DNA from: Octopus sinensis
Taxonomy: Eukaryota
Direction of reading: 5' to 3'
NCBI RefSeq assembly: GCF_006345805.1
Contig: NC_042999.1
Coordinates: 167,586,001-167,650,000 of the forward strand
Length of the DNA: 64,000 bases
The notes beneath the pieces are model-generated. The model did no database searches and had not been told where the DNA came from. It saw only the letters and a list, made by a program, of their open reading frames with translations. Made by a program: the position numbers and the translations under genes. Shown piece by piece: positions 24,181 through 36,713 of the stretch. Every line of letters begins with the position of its first letter. Position 1 is the first letter of the stretch.

Positions 24181-24404
24181 TAATGATTCGAGGACTCAGA
24201 ATTCTATCAAAAGAGTGACATACTATTGGTTTCATATTTTTGTACAAGGTCAGTAACTTCGAGGTAGAGGTAAGCCGATTACATCGAACCCAGTGTTCAA
24301 CTGGTACTTATTTTATGGGCCCCAAAAGTCGACCTCGGCAAAATTTGAACTCAAAACGGAAAAAAAAGACGAAATGCATCTAAGCTTTCTCTCCGGCGTG
24401 TTAA
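22646..24404. repeat. Direct repeat of ~320 bp (22646-22962 and 24078-24404) flanking a Tx1-like fragment
   Basis: Unique flank, (TA)n and a SINE C remnant are duplicated together, with a few substitutions. Confidence 0.9.
23330..24050 (-). mobile_element. Degenerate Tx1/L1-like ORF2 fragment (post-RT)
   Basis: Nucleotide similarity to 32540-32730 (CCACCTTTCAGAGAAAG, GGCCCACTGTCTTT). Confidence 0.55.
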
Positions 24405-24644
24405 TGTTTGAGTTTCACTCGAGAACTGAACTCAAATCGAAAGCTCAGTCTTTAAACAGTATTGCAATTGTTATCCCTTCAAGCAAAAGCGCTTCAAGGA
24501 AAATGTACGAAGCAAAAGATACAGCCTTGCTTTGAATTTATTTCGGACCTACTACTCTACTATTACTACAACTACTGCTGCAACAACAACAACTAATAAT
24601 AATAATAATTATTATTATTATTATTATGATTATTATTATTATTA

Positions 24645-26168
24645 TTATCTTTTCTATTATAGGCCCAACGCCTGAAATTTTAAGGCAGGAGTTTAGTCGA
24701 TTACATCGACTCCAGTACTCAGCGGGTACTTATTTTATCGACCCCGAAAGGATTAAAGGCAAAGTCAACCTCGGCGGAATTTGAACTCAGAGCATAAGCA
24801 CGAACGAGATACCGCTAAGTAGTTGGCCCGGCATGGTAGCAATTCTCCTAGCATGTCACTTTAATAGTAATAATAATCTTTAATAGTAATAATAGTAATA
24901 ATAATCTTTAATAGTAATAATAATAGTAATAATAATTTCTACTGTAGGCACAAATCCTGAAATTTCCTTTTTCGGTGGTGGGAAGATAAGTCAGTTACAT
25001 CAGTCTTCAAATGGTACTGGTTTTATTGACCAAAGATAAAAGACAAAGTCAACCCCGGCGGTATTTGAACTCAGAACGCCTTAATAATAACAATGATCCT
25101 TTCTACTATAGGCGCAAGGCCTGAAATTTGGGGGAGGGGACTAGTCGATTATATCGATCCCAGTGCGTAACTGGTACTTAATTTATCGACCCCGAAAGGA
25201 TGAAAGGCAAAGTCGACCTCGGCGGAATTTGAACTCAGAGCATAAGCACGAACGAGATACCGCTAAGTAGTTGGCCCGGCATGGTAGCAATTCTCCTAGC
25301 ATGTCACTTTAATAGTAATAATAATCTTTAATAGTAATAATAGTAATAATAATCTTTAATAGTAATAATAATAGTAATAATAATTTCTACTGTAGGCACA
25401 AATCCTGAAATTTCCTTTTTCGGTGGTGGGAAGATAAGTCAGTTACATCAGTCTTCAAATGGTACTGGTTTTATTGACCAAAGATAAAAGACAAAGTCAA
25501 CCCCGGCGGTATTTGAACTCAGAACGCCTTAATAATAACAATGATCCTTTCTACTATAGGCGCAAGGCCTGAAATTTGGGGGAGGGGACTAGTCGATTAT
25601 ATCGATCCCAGTGCGTAACTGGTACTTAATTTATCGACCCCGAAAGGATGAAAGGCAAAGTCGACACCGGCGGTATTTGAACCCAGAACATAAGCACAGA
25701 CAAAATACTTATATTTTTACTACACACAAGGGGCTAAACACAAAGGAGACAAACAAGAACAGACAGATTAAGTCGATTATATCGATCCCAGTGCGTAACT
25801 GGTACTTAATTTATCGACCCCGAAAGGATGAAAGGCAAAGTCGACCTCGACGGAATTTAAACTCAGAACGTAACGGCAGACGAAATACCGCTAAGCATTT
25901 CGCCCGGCGTGCTAACGTTTCTGCCAGCTCGCCGCCTTAAGAATAATAATAATGGTTTCAAATTTTGCCACAAGGGCAGCCATTTTAGGGAAGGGAATGT
26001 GTCGTTTATATCGACCCCAATGCTCAACTGGTACTTATTTTGTCGACCTGAAAAGGATGAATGGTAAAGTCGACCTCGGCGGAATTTGAACTCAGAACGT
26101 AGCAAACGGGCGAAATACTGATAAGCACTTCGTCCAGCGAGTTAACGATTCTTCCAGCTCGCCGCCTT
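24645..26168 (-). mobile_element. Cluster of SINE family C copies including a 448-bp tandem duplication
   Basis: Repeated consensus blocks. AGCATAAGCACG occurs at 24791 and 25239 with apparently identical downstream sequence. Confidence 0.88.
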
Positions 26169-26295
26169 AGTAATAGTGGGTTCAAATTTTGGTACAAGGT
26201 TTGTGAAAGATCGAAAGGATGGAAATATCAAATAATTACTGACCAATAACTTGCCTTCCACTGATGTGGAAGTTGCTAATAGATGTTATTGCAAA

Positions 26296-26331
<36 letters not shown>

Positions 26332-26333
<2 letters not shown>

Positions 26334-27003
26334 TAGCATTAAAGACCCGTCGTTGCCGGGTCATAGTGCTAGTGCATTTATATATGTGTATATATATGTG
26401 TACATATTACATGTACATCTATATATATACATCTACACATAAAATACAAAGTACAAAGTTATATCTTGATATCACTAGTGATAACAATACTCAAAATATA
26501 TAACAGACTGGAATTGTTAGCCCGTCTCTTGTAATTTCGATCAATTGTATCTTGTCCTCCCTCTTGTATAGAAGTGTAGCTACAATCCAGCCTACCTCTA
26601 CTTCTGGGGCGGGGGTGCATTTTAAATATAAAGGTTAAAATAAAATATTCCCACTTTGCAAGTTCGAGTCGAGTACTCCCTTGCACACTCCGTTGACTCG
26701 AACCTTGCTTCTATTGCCCCCCCCCGCCCCAGAAGTAGAGGTAGGCTGGATTGTAGCTACACTTCTATACAAGAGGGATGACAAGATACAATTGATCGAA
26801 ATTACAAGAGACGAGCTAACAATTACAGTCTGTTATATATTTTGAGTATTGTTATCACTAGCGATATTAAGATATAACTTTGTATTTTGTATTTTATGTG
26901 TAGATGTATATATATAGATGTACATGTAATATGTACACATATATATACACATATATACATGCACTAGCACTATAACCCGGCAACGACGGGTCATAATGCT
27001 AGT
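26332..27003. mobile_element. Large fold-back with ~284-bp arms and ~105-bp spacer; termini resemble non-autonomous Helitron/Helentron heads
   Basis: 26332-26615 is the reverse complement of 26721-27003. Both ends are the hairpin ACTAGCA..GACCCG..CGGGTC..TGCTAGT. Confidence 0.8.
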
Positions 27004-27024
27004 AATAATATAATAAATTTTATA

Positions 27025-27064
<40 letters not shown>

Positions 27065-27338
27065 AATTTTATAGGAATTTTTTGCATAATGAGATAAAAA
27101 ACCAAGGCTGTGAAGTTATTAGAACATTTATGGATAGAATGTCTTGCAGCTATTTCCAGGATATTTATTAATTATATCCTTTCATCGGAGACGGTGTGAG
27201 AGGATTGTTAAGTAATAGTTAGTTTAGATAGGATACAAAATAGAGAGTGAAGTGGAGGAAAAAAATAAATGTAAGATATGTAGGGATATTGAAGTTGTAT
27301 ATCCATTTTTTAGGCAGAATGATATATATGTAACATTC

Positions 27339-27376
<38 letters not shown>

Positions 27377-27470
27377 ATCCAAACATGAAAACACAAAGAG
27401 AAAACAACAACACGAGGACGTGGAACAAGTATAGTATTATTGACACTCAGGAAAGAAGGAAAGAAGGAGG

Positions 27471-27504
27471 GTTTACGTTTCGAGCGAAGCTCTTCGTCAG
27501 AAAC
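27471..27504 (-). ncRNA. Minimal hammerhead-like motif
   Basis: Minus strand reads GTTT CTGACGA A GAGC-ttc-GCTC GAAAC GT AAAC. Confidence 0.55.
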
Positions 27505-28074
27505 ATAGAAAAAGGGAAGATCCAAAGAAGGGACGACGGAGGGAAAAAAATCGCCAACGGTACACCCGCGGTCACATTTCGAATGACCAGAAGGGAATGG
27601 GCGAAGAAAAAGTTCTTTGAAAAACAGGAGAGTGCAAGAGGAGGTATGTGTGTGTAAGTGTGGATATGTGCGTGCGCGCAGGTCTGTGTGTGCGCGTGTG
27701 TGCATGTCTGTATGTGTGCAATGATAGCACGTGTGTGTGTGTTTGTGTGTGTGTGGTTGTGGCTGTTAATCTATGTGTGTGGTTGGGCTCAGTATCGTTT
27801 AAGTTCAAGGAAGAATGAAGTAGGAGTGGCTCTTGTGTCTATCTACCCATAGTCGGTGAAAGGTACTGGTAGTTTGAAGTATGTGTGTGTGCGTGTACGT
27901 ATATGTATTGTGTATGTTTTGTTTGTAGTGTATGTATGTATGTATGTAATATATATATATAATATATATATATATAGTTAATCCAAACATGAAAACACAA
28001 AGAGAAAACAACAACACGAGGACGTGGAACAAGTATAGTATTATTGACACTCAGGAAAGAAGGAAAGAAGGAGG

Positions 28075-28108
28075 GTTTACGTTTCGAGCGAAGCTCTTCG
28101 TCAGAAAC
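28075..28108 (-). ncRNA. Minimal hammerhead-like motif (second unit)
   Basis: Identical to 27471-27504. Confidence 0.55.
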
Positions 28109-28571
28109 ATAGAAAAAGGAAGATCCAAAGAAGGGACGACGGAGGGAAAAAAATCGCCAACGGTACACCCGCGGTCACATTTCGAATGACCAGAAGGGAA
28201 TGGGCGAAGAAAAAGTTCTTTGAAAAACAGGAGAGTGCAAGAGGAGGTATGTGTGTGTAAGTGTGGATATGTGCGTGCGCGCAGGTCTGTGTGTGCGCGT
28301 GTGTGCATGTCTGTATGTGTGCAATGATAGCACGTGTGTGTGTGTGTTTGTGTGTGTGTGGTTGTGGCTGTTAATCTATGTGTGTGGTTGGGCTCAGTAT
28401 CGTTTAAGTTCAAGGAAGAATGAAGTAGGAGTGGCTCTTGTGTCTATCTACCCATAGTCGGTGAAAGGTACTGGTAGTTTGAAGTATGTGTGTGTGCATG
28501 TACGTATATGTATTGTGTATGTTTTGTTTGTAGTGTATGTATGTATGTATGTAATATATATATATATATAT

Positions 28572-29625
28572 ATTTGGAATCTTACATATTCAATCCGTCG
28601 AGGTTTGGGTGGTGGCTCTGCCAGGCTCTTGAATGTAAAAATACTGCCTACGGTCGATTGGGTCGGGTCAAAAGCAATTTTGACCCTATGGGCCCAATCG
28701 GCCGAAGATCTGGTTTTACCAGATTTCTTGACAATGGCCGGTTCCAGGCACCCGGTGCTCATTGAGGAACACCCCCACCAAGTGTCACCTGTGCCTGGAA
28801 TCAGGGCACATGATGAAGAAGTGTTGCCGGGATCAGGCGAAGGTCCTGGCACAGTTGATTGATGATGACTGTAATCCCTCTATTCCCCCAACGGAGCCTC
28901 CTGTTCCTTCATTGGAGGGAGAGAGGGAGAAAGTCGAGGAGGAGGCAACCTCCACGAGAAAAGGTACTAAGAGAAAGAAGGTGGGCAACCATTGTTGCCC
29001 ACCAATGGATCCTGATGTGGCGGGAAGGGAGGAGGGACCTCCGGACATGTAGGAAGAACTCCACCCTCCCGTCGCAAAAGGGAAAACAGAAGAAGAAAAA
29101 GAAAAACTGGCCATTGCCGGCGACGGCATGTTCCGAAACCCCTTCGGTGGGATGTGTGCCACCGGAGGGGGAGAAGAAGGAAACCTTGTCGGTGGGATGT
29201 GTGCCAGCGAGCGAGGTAGTTGAGGTCTCTCTCAATGAAAGTGATGAGGAATTTGTATTCCTCTATCGCAGGGGAGGGGCGATTGAGGAGTATGTGGAGA
29301 ATAATCTTGATAGTCGGGTTTTGATGGACCCGATTTTTATTGACAGTCCAGTGTGGCCTTCGCAGGGACTGGAAAGAAAAGATTTTTTTCCACAGGTCAA
29401 GATCCTTCCCAAAGGAGTACTACAGATTACTTTCGTTTGGCTCCGATTGGTGGTTGTAGGAATACCTGCAGGTCGCAAAAGAGTTGATTGGGGAGTAATG
29501 TCAGAGGTTTATCGCCTCCATATGTATGTGTATAAATATTGTTTCTTTTGTGATGGACTTCTAGTCCAATTTTTTGTATATATTTGTAAGAGGTTTAATA
29601 CCTCTATATAACGAATAATGTTTTA
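28572..29625 (+). mobile_element. Tx1/L1-like ORF1 (gag-like, CCHC knuckle) with no ORF2
   Basis: LPDFLTMAGSRHPVLIE, then HPTKCHLCLESGHMMKKC after a frameshift (C-x2-C-x4-H-x4-C), a K/E/P-rich spacer and an AT-rich trailer. Confidence 0.65.
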
Positions 29626-29757
29626 GAGAAGCAGAGGGTCGGCGGGCACTTTCTGTCTTCTCACATCTATATCATCTTATATTATTACCATTCGCCTCAT
29701 TAATGTCTTGTCCAGTCTGCAAAGTTACATATCTTTATGGCGAAAGATATAAAATAA

Positions 29758-30172
29758 AGTAGCTTGCACACCAACCACATGGTCCTGGGTTCAGTCCCAC
29801 TGTGTAGCACCTTGGGCAAGTGTCTTGTACTATAGCCTCGGGTCGACCAAAGCCTTGTGAGTGGATTTGGTAGACGGAAACTGGAAGAAGCTCTTCGTGT
29901 ATGTGTGTGTGTGTGTGTTGTGTGTGTGTGTGTGTTGTGTGTGTGTGTGTGTGTGTGTGTGTTTCTGTCTGTTTGTCCCCCTAGCATCGCTTGACAACCA
30001 ATGCTGGTGTGTTTACGACCCCATAACTTAGCGGTTCGGCAAAAGAGACCGATAGAATAAGTACTAGGCTTACAAAGAATAAGCTCGGGGGGGGGGAGTT
30101 GCTCGACTGTAAAGGCGGTGCTCCAGCATGGCCGCAGTCAAATGACTGAAACGAATAAAAGAGAGTAAGAGT
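29758..30172 (+). mobile_element. SINE family B, near full length
   Basis: Head, GCACCTTGGGCAAGTGTCTT core, internal (GT)n and tail are all present. Confidence 0.88.
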
Positions 30173-30184
30173 ATATATATATAT

Positions 30185-31330
30185 ATTGCGGAAGGAGATC
30201 TACTGCCAGAAGAACAAAGAAGAGATAGAGAATATTCTGAAAGGACGAATGACCTATGATATGTAGATCAAGCCTTCTGCAACTTCAAAAGGAGGAAGAG
30301 GTATATAGGAGTGTGCCACACTCATGGATCCTAGGATGCTTCAATATATTTGAGATAGCTAAGAATATTGTCTAGCTCTTACAAAACAGTATGTCAAAAT
30401 GGAGAACTGTACTGTCAAGGTAGGTTAGATGAAGTCAGCATAAGTAAGGTAATATTCCAAAGTGATAAGGCGGCGAGCTGGCAGAATCGTTAGCACGCCG
30501 GGCGAAATGCTTAGCGGTATTTCGTCTGTCTTTATGTTCTGAGTTCAAATTCCGCCGAGGTCAACTTTGCTTTTCATCCTTTCGAGGTCGATAAATTAAG
30601 ATGTAATCGACTTAATCCGTTTGTCTATCCTTGCTTGTCCCCTCTATGTTTAGCCCCTTGTGGGCAATAAAAATAGGTACTTCGTCTGCCGCTACGTTCT
30701 GAGTTCAAATTCCGCCGAGGTTGACTTTGCCTTTCATCCTTTCGGGGTCGATTAAATAAGTACCAGTTACGCACTGGGGTCGATGTAATCGACTTAATCC
30801 GTTTGTCTGTTCTTGTTTGTCCCCTCCGTGTTTAGCCCCTTGTGGGTAGTAAAGAAATAGGTATTTCGTCTGTCTTTATGTTCTGAGTTCAAATTCCGCC
30901 GATGTCGACTTTGTCTTTCATCCTTCGGGATCGATAAATTAAGTACCAGTTTCATACTGGGGTCGATCTAATCGACTGGCTCTCTCCCCAAAAATTTCGG
31001 GCCTTGCACCTAGAGTGGAAAAGAATATTCCAAAGATCACTTTCACTACTACTATTCGAGGTGGCTCTTATCCCTCTCTTGCGAGAAGCTAAATCATTTC
31101 ACGTATTTAGCAGTGGTGAGAAAATAAACCACCTCCTGTTTATGGCTGACCTGAAATTATTTACCGAATTGAGAAAGCTTTGGATTCATTGGTCGAGACG
31201 GTTAGAGTTGCGAGTGAAGAGATTGGTATGGAAGTTAGAAAAGATAAATGTGCAGTTCTAGTAATAAGGAAAGGAAAAATCTCCACATGTCACTGCCACT
31301 GATGTAACTATTCTGGAATACAACTAACAA
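30185..31330 (+). mobile_element. Degenerate R4/Dong-like RT interrupted by a SINE C multimer
   Basis: LLPEEQ..TNDL*YVD..KRRK and VPHSWILGCF lie before the SINE. RIFQRSLSLLLF..ALIPL..EKINHLLFMADLKLF lies after it. Confidence 0.75.
30468..31030 (+). mobile_element. SINE family C head-to-tail trimer
   Basis: One full head followed by two further body units, each re-entered through AAATAGGTA(C/T)TTCGTCTG. Confidence 0.85.
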
Positions 31331-31689
31331 TACAAATTGTTGTTTAACGGAAATATACACAACTTAAAAACAATGTCAAAGATTAATCTTTCTTTCCACC
31401 GGAAAGAGGAAAAGCCTAGCGCAATCTGAAAGCCCTTTATTAATTTTCCAAAGTGAAAACAAGAACAAAAGCATATTTTATGATAGGTCATACAGAGCGA
31501 ATTCTTATCTTTGTAGGAATTCTGTAAAAAGCGTCCGTTCACCACGAAAGTCACGTATAACACTACTACTACTACGACTACTACTACTATTACTACTACT
31601 AACAACAACAACAACAACAATAATATTAATAATTTTATTTACCACTAAGTGCTCACAAAAAATATTGAGGTTAGTAGAGAGCAATACAA

Positions 31690-34600
31690 TGTGGAGTTAC
31701 ATACAATAAAGCGTGTAAACAGTATAAAAAAATAATAAAATTATAAATTTTAACAACGAAAGATTCTCCAAAATAGGGTGAATTCCCAGAACTGCTCTTG
31801 TATAATCCACAACACCACGGTCACCCTGACCACTAGGACAAGTGCCTTCTCCACATCGTCTTCCTTCATTCTACAGACGTATGCTTAGCGAGTGCAGCTG
31901 GGAGGCAGCACCTGTCTCTCTACCTTCACTTGCCTTTTCAAATGAAACTTGAAGAAGCTGATGAGGGCTTGGCCAAATAGGAAAGTATCTATCTTCAGCA
32001 CTAGCACTTTCAATTTGGTCTATCACACCTCTTTCGCAAAGGCGACTAGACAAATAAACACGTCTTTCCATTTCCGACCAAAAAAAGGCGGCGTGAGGAT
32101 CTTCACAACGGACTCGGTCGATAGACTGATTCGTCCTGCACTTGACAATAGGCGCTTGACATAAACCCACAAGTCAGCATTACTCGTCAGACAAAGAATA
32201 GTGAGCCCCTGATGATTCTCTAGGTGCCAGGCGTCCTGCCTCGGTTTACACTTGATCCAGGATTGTAGTTCAAAGAGACGAGCTGCAGCAGTGCGAGTCT
32301 GTCAAATGGTGACCACACTTGCTCACCATCAAGGAAGCGTTGGAGATATATCGTAGCTTCAGCGCATTTCTGTGCCATAGTAGCCACAGCATGCCCAGTC
32401 CTCCATTCATCGGGGTTGACAACAAATGGAGTACTTGACCAGTAGAACGCGTCCCATCCAAAGAAAGTGAAAGGGTATGCTCTCCAGTTTGGCCAGACGT
32501 AAACTGGTGCACGGTGCGACGATCAGGTATGATGTTATGCATTTGCCACCTTTCAGAGAAAGTTTTCTTTTGGCCCACTTCCAGGTGAAATCATCCCAGC
32601 TCTTCTCCATCTGGCGATTCAAACTACCCCCCCACACCCACAGCAATCTAACCGGTCCCTCCACCTAGCATCCCACGATATCATTTGTCGGCATTTCCAG
32701 GCGCCAAGCTGCTGGCCCACTGTCTTTGCTTGGTTAATTTTTCCTCCTGTCGTCGCCCCGTATTTTTTACAGCAGTGACGACCAGTTCTATGTATCTGGT
32801 GTTCGACTTTATAACGGTGATGACGTCCGCATATGCTGACACGGTCTCCCATGGGTACCTCTCAACACTCCAATTTGCGCAGTGTTGGCTCTAGAGCCAG
32901 TACATATAGAGACGAAAGTGGGTACCATTGACGGTCCGACTGTATGATGCTGAAGGGTCCCGATAAGTAACTTTTCACCCGAACAGATATCGCTGTACAT
33001 TGCAGTAATCCAGCCTCAGAAACAGGGCCGAAACCGAAACGGCCACCAAGTATTGTTGGTCAGCTCTATTGAAGGCTTTTGGTTGATCCAAAGTGATCAG
33101 GGTCGTATCTATGCCAGCTTCTTTATGCACACTGTCTGATGTATCGCATGAGGCAGAGCTTATCATAGATAGATCTGCTTGGGATGGCGCATGTTTTCGC
33201 ATCAACATTCAATTCTTCGACGACAAGCGCCAACCTGTTCGCTTACACTTTGACCAAAGTAAACTTGGCACGCCGGGAGTGATGCGTTCAGCTTCCAGTA
33301 ACCGGACCCCTGCTTACTAAGCTCATTTAGGTTGACCATGCAGATCACGATTTTGTGGTCTATGTAACCGACGATTTTAAAAAGTGGACAACTTATCCTA
33401 TCTTTATCTACCGGCCTACTGCATACCTTATCTAGACACAGCCTAGATAACCTAATGCAGTTCATTCAAGTTCATACTGACACATTGGGAAAGTTCAGTC
33501 GGTATCTGTCAGATAGTTGAAAATGTCTGAGCAGGTTTGCGAGGCTTTTGAAGGCACTCTTCTAACAGCCAACTGCACCAAATTTAAACGGCGCCCAAGA
33601 TAGCGTTCTAATTATCCATTAGCACTTAAGATGGAGACGTTCCGAGAAAAACCTCCTGACGTCTGAAGAAATCCAGCTGAGCTGCCTCTACCATTAGTCT
33701 GAAAGCACTCCCATCGCAACTGTTCAAATGCAGGACCACCTACTTACCTTCATGAGATGCAGACCTTTCCAGAACAACATTGCAGTTCCAACCTCCATTT
33801 CTGGTTGATATAGAAATAAGTAAATCTTGTAGCCACCGAAAATGGACATGGAAGCTTGTCGATTGGAAAGTCTGATCTCACTGATAGCCGTGACATTTAT
33901 TCTTAGTGACCTGAAATCGTTGAGTAGGTTATCCTGTTTCTATGGCGACACCAGGTCGCATGCATTTATACTGCCTACTCTGAATAAGGCGATGTTTCTC
34001 AGAGAGAAGGAGAGTGAAGAGAGTCAGTCACCCAATTTCTGTGGAGAGGCTTGTGGGTCTCTCTACAAGCATTTCTTTTATGGTCCTGCAGAAATATCCT
34101 ATTCCTTTGGGATATTTTGCTTCAGATATTTTCCTTGAGATAGTTTGTTGTAAGGCTGTTGCGCTGTTTCTAAAATTGTTATGTTAATAGGAGTGTTATG
34201 CGGATGTATTGTGTATTGTTTGTCTGGATTGCTATGCTTTCTTTGTTGAGGTGTTTGTAATGTTGATGGTGTCTGTAGTGTTAGAGATGTTGGTAATTGT
34301 GTTGGTGGAGAGAGTATGGATGTGTAATACTTTCTTGGTTCTCGCATCTCCTCCTCTAATCTCTTCGTCTTTAGTCTTGCACTGCCGATTTCATTTTGTC
34401 GAAGAAATTTTTGTGGCAGCGGGGAGAGGTATGTCTGCACAGTCACGCATTTTAAAGCTGGGGATCTGATAGACAGGTGTGGATGAGACTTTTCCTGGTT
34501 GCGATGGTGCAAGTGATGTTATTGTTTTTCTCGGGTGTGGTACTGGCGCATGCTGCTGATGTTGTTGCAAGGATCTCTCCAGCTGCTTTTTCTGCCGTAG

Positions 34601-34975
34601 TTGGTGCTGTTGGTGCTGCTGCGGTTGCTTTTGATACTGATGTTGCTATGTTTGAGGTGTCTGCAGCAGCAGGGGTTTTCTTTTTCTTTGTATGGGGTAG
34701 AAAGCCTTTAAGTGGCTTGTCTCGCCATAAATGTGTCATCTCGGCTTCCTGACCACGACTGCATCAAATAGCTAGGGATGGCTTCGATACTTATCCAATC
34801 GTCCGGTATTAATAATTCCATTCTCGTGCCTGACCAATTTTCGTTTCCCATTTTGTGCACTTCGAGAATTGTTCTTTTTTCTATGCCGTACCAGTGAACA
34901 GATGTCCACTTCAACTACCTGGTTTCTAACCTTCTCCGACCGAGGTATGACGGAATTAGCTAGAATTCTTCACTT
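31690..34975 (-). mobile_element. Degenerate, near full-span Tx1/L1-like LINE (ORF1 knuckle, APE, RT, C-terminus, 3' UTR)
   Basis: RKPR*HIYGETSHLKAFYP (decayed CCHC); FRVGSINA..KQDNLLNDF..AISE (APE start); GSGYWKLNASL; LITLDQPKAFNR. Confidence 0.75.
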
Positions 34976-35127
34976 TTTACGGTTGTTGTTGCACTGCCTT
35001 TGGCTTATTTTTTAGTTGGGAATCTCACCTCAACTGTACAAAAGCGTCTCCCAAGCATATCTCGATATGGGCCTGCACGCTCGCTGCAGTCTCCTGGTTT
35101 TGCACGCAATAATAATAATAATAATAA

Positions 35128-36200
35128 TAATATTGTTTTGTCTTGGTATAAAAGATGGGCTACAGCAAATATTCTGCTCAATACCACAGATTTGCTTGTC
35201 AGTTGTTTGACCTTAACCAGTTGAGCATGTCCCTTAGTGGCTGACGATATGTGCATCTCTGATCACGAGCAGAAGTAGTGGGGGAGCATCATACCCATGT
35301 GTTGAGAAGGATTCTTTGGGGTTTGAATAATTCACCTCTGGAAACATGGGTGTTTCGTTCAACGTCCTTAAACAACCCTTATTCAAGGACCTTTTGAGCG
35401 GGATGGGTTACTCGATCTGAAGAAAATTCTAACTGGGCTCCACCTGCAAGGTCATGTGCTGTTTATCTTGATATGAGATCACCATGTCGCGCACATATGG
35501 TTGTGATGCATGTGCCTGGTGTACCCTTATCAGACAGGTAGTCATGATGGGTATACTGGGCTTCGTATATTTTACCCCAGTGTCACTTTGATGGCATGCT
35601 CTGCTCGCTCACTCAATAATAATAATAATAATAATAAATGCCCTGATGCAGTACCAGGCAGTGGCTCTCATGGCTTCTGATCTTAACTGATTGGAAGTGT
35701 TATCATGTACATTGTTTTGTCTTGGTATAAAAGATGGGCTACAGCAAATATTCTGCTCAATACCACAGATTTGCTTGTCAGTTGTTTGACCTTAACCAGT
35801 TGAGCATGTCCCTTAGTGGCTGACGATATGTGCATCTCTGATCACGAGCAGAATGAGTGGGGGAGAATCATAGCCATGTGTTGAGAGGGATTCTTTGGGG
35901 TTTGAATAGTTCACCTCTGGAAACATGGGTGGTTCTTTCAACATCCTTAAACAACCTTTATTCAGGGACCGTTTGAGCGGGATGGGCTACTCAACCTGAA
36001 GAAAATTCTAACTGGGCCCCACCTGCAAGGTCATGTGCTGTTTATCTTGATATGAGATCACCATGTCGCGCACATATGGTTGTGATGCATGTGCCTGGTG
36101 TATCTTTATCAGGCGGGTAGTCATGATGGGTATATTGGGCTTCGTATATTTTACCCCAGTGTCACTTTGATGGCATGAACTGCTCTCTCACTCAATAATA
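35128..36200 (+). mobile_element. Two head-to-tail copies of a ~500-560-bp non-coding element (family D) ending in (AAT)n
   Basis: 35128-35637 and 35638-36200 are highly similar. Each is preceded by an (AAT)n tract and ends CTCACTCAATAATAAT. Confidence 0.85.
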
Positions 36201-36214
36201 ATGATAAAGAAATT

Positions 36215-36615
36215 ATTGTATACAGTGCTCAGGTGCACCACAACTCGTCAAAAGTGCGTATAAAGCGTATGCAGTAATGTATAAATGTCTGGAAAGTGAA
36301 CAGTGTAGGAATCAGATACATGCTTGCGTGTGTATGGAGGGGAGAAAATCAGGTGTAGTGTTGGCGAATCTTGGGAAGCATGGAAGTTTTGAAGGATACA
36401 GTGCTCCGACAACTAACATCTGATGCCGGCAGTTTGTTCCATGCTTCAGCAACTCTTAGTGTGAAAAAATGTTTCCGAAATTTATGGGAACTGTGCTGTT
36501 TTCTGACTTTGTAAACATGTCCACGGGTGTTAGACAGGTGGAGTTTGAAAAGGTGCTCAGAGTTATTGTTTGTAAGATGGTTAATAATTTTATGGGTGTC
36601 TGCCAAGTCAGCTGC
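36215..36615 (-). mobile_element. CR1-like LINE 3' end
   Basis: TRGHVYKVRKQ..RKHFFTLRVAEAWNKLP..SFK motif. Confidence 0.85.
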
Positions 36616-36665
36616 CAGACTTGGCTCTCGTGGCTTCTGATCTTAACTCTTTCACACTTTTTACT

Positions 36666-36707
<42 letters not shown>

Positions 36708-36713
36708 TAAAAA

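Larger units (their letters stand above)
27372..28575 (-). repeat. Tandem dimer of a 604-bp non-coding element, each unit with an HHR-like motif
   Basis: AGTTAATCC at 27372 and 27976; units differ at a few sites and are separated by (TA)n. Confidence 0.9.

Noticed and set aside
24645-26168. CRISPR-like repeat-spacer array
   Set aside because: The repeats are SINE bodies of 150-450 bp in eukaryotic DNA, with no cas genes and no fixed short repeats.
34099-34512. GIY-YIG endonuclease remnant
   Set aside because: The motif match is poor, and the segment lies between the ORF1 knuckle and the APE start of a Tx1-like element.
35230-35280. CTGACGA in family D as an HHR
   Set aside because: No downstream GAAA or stem II.
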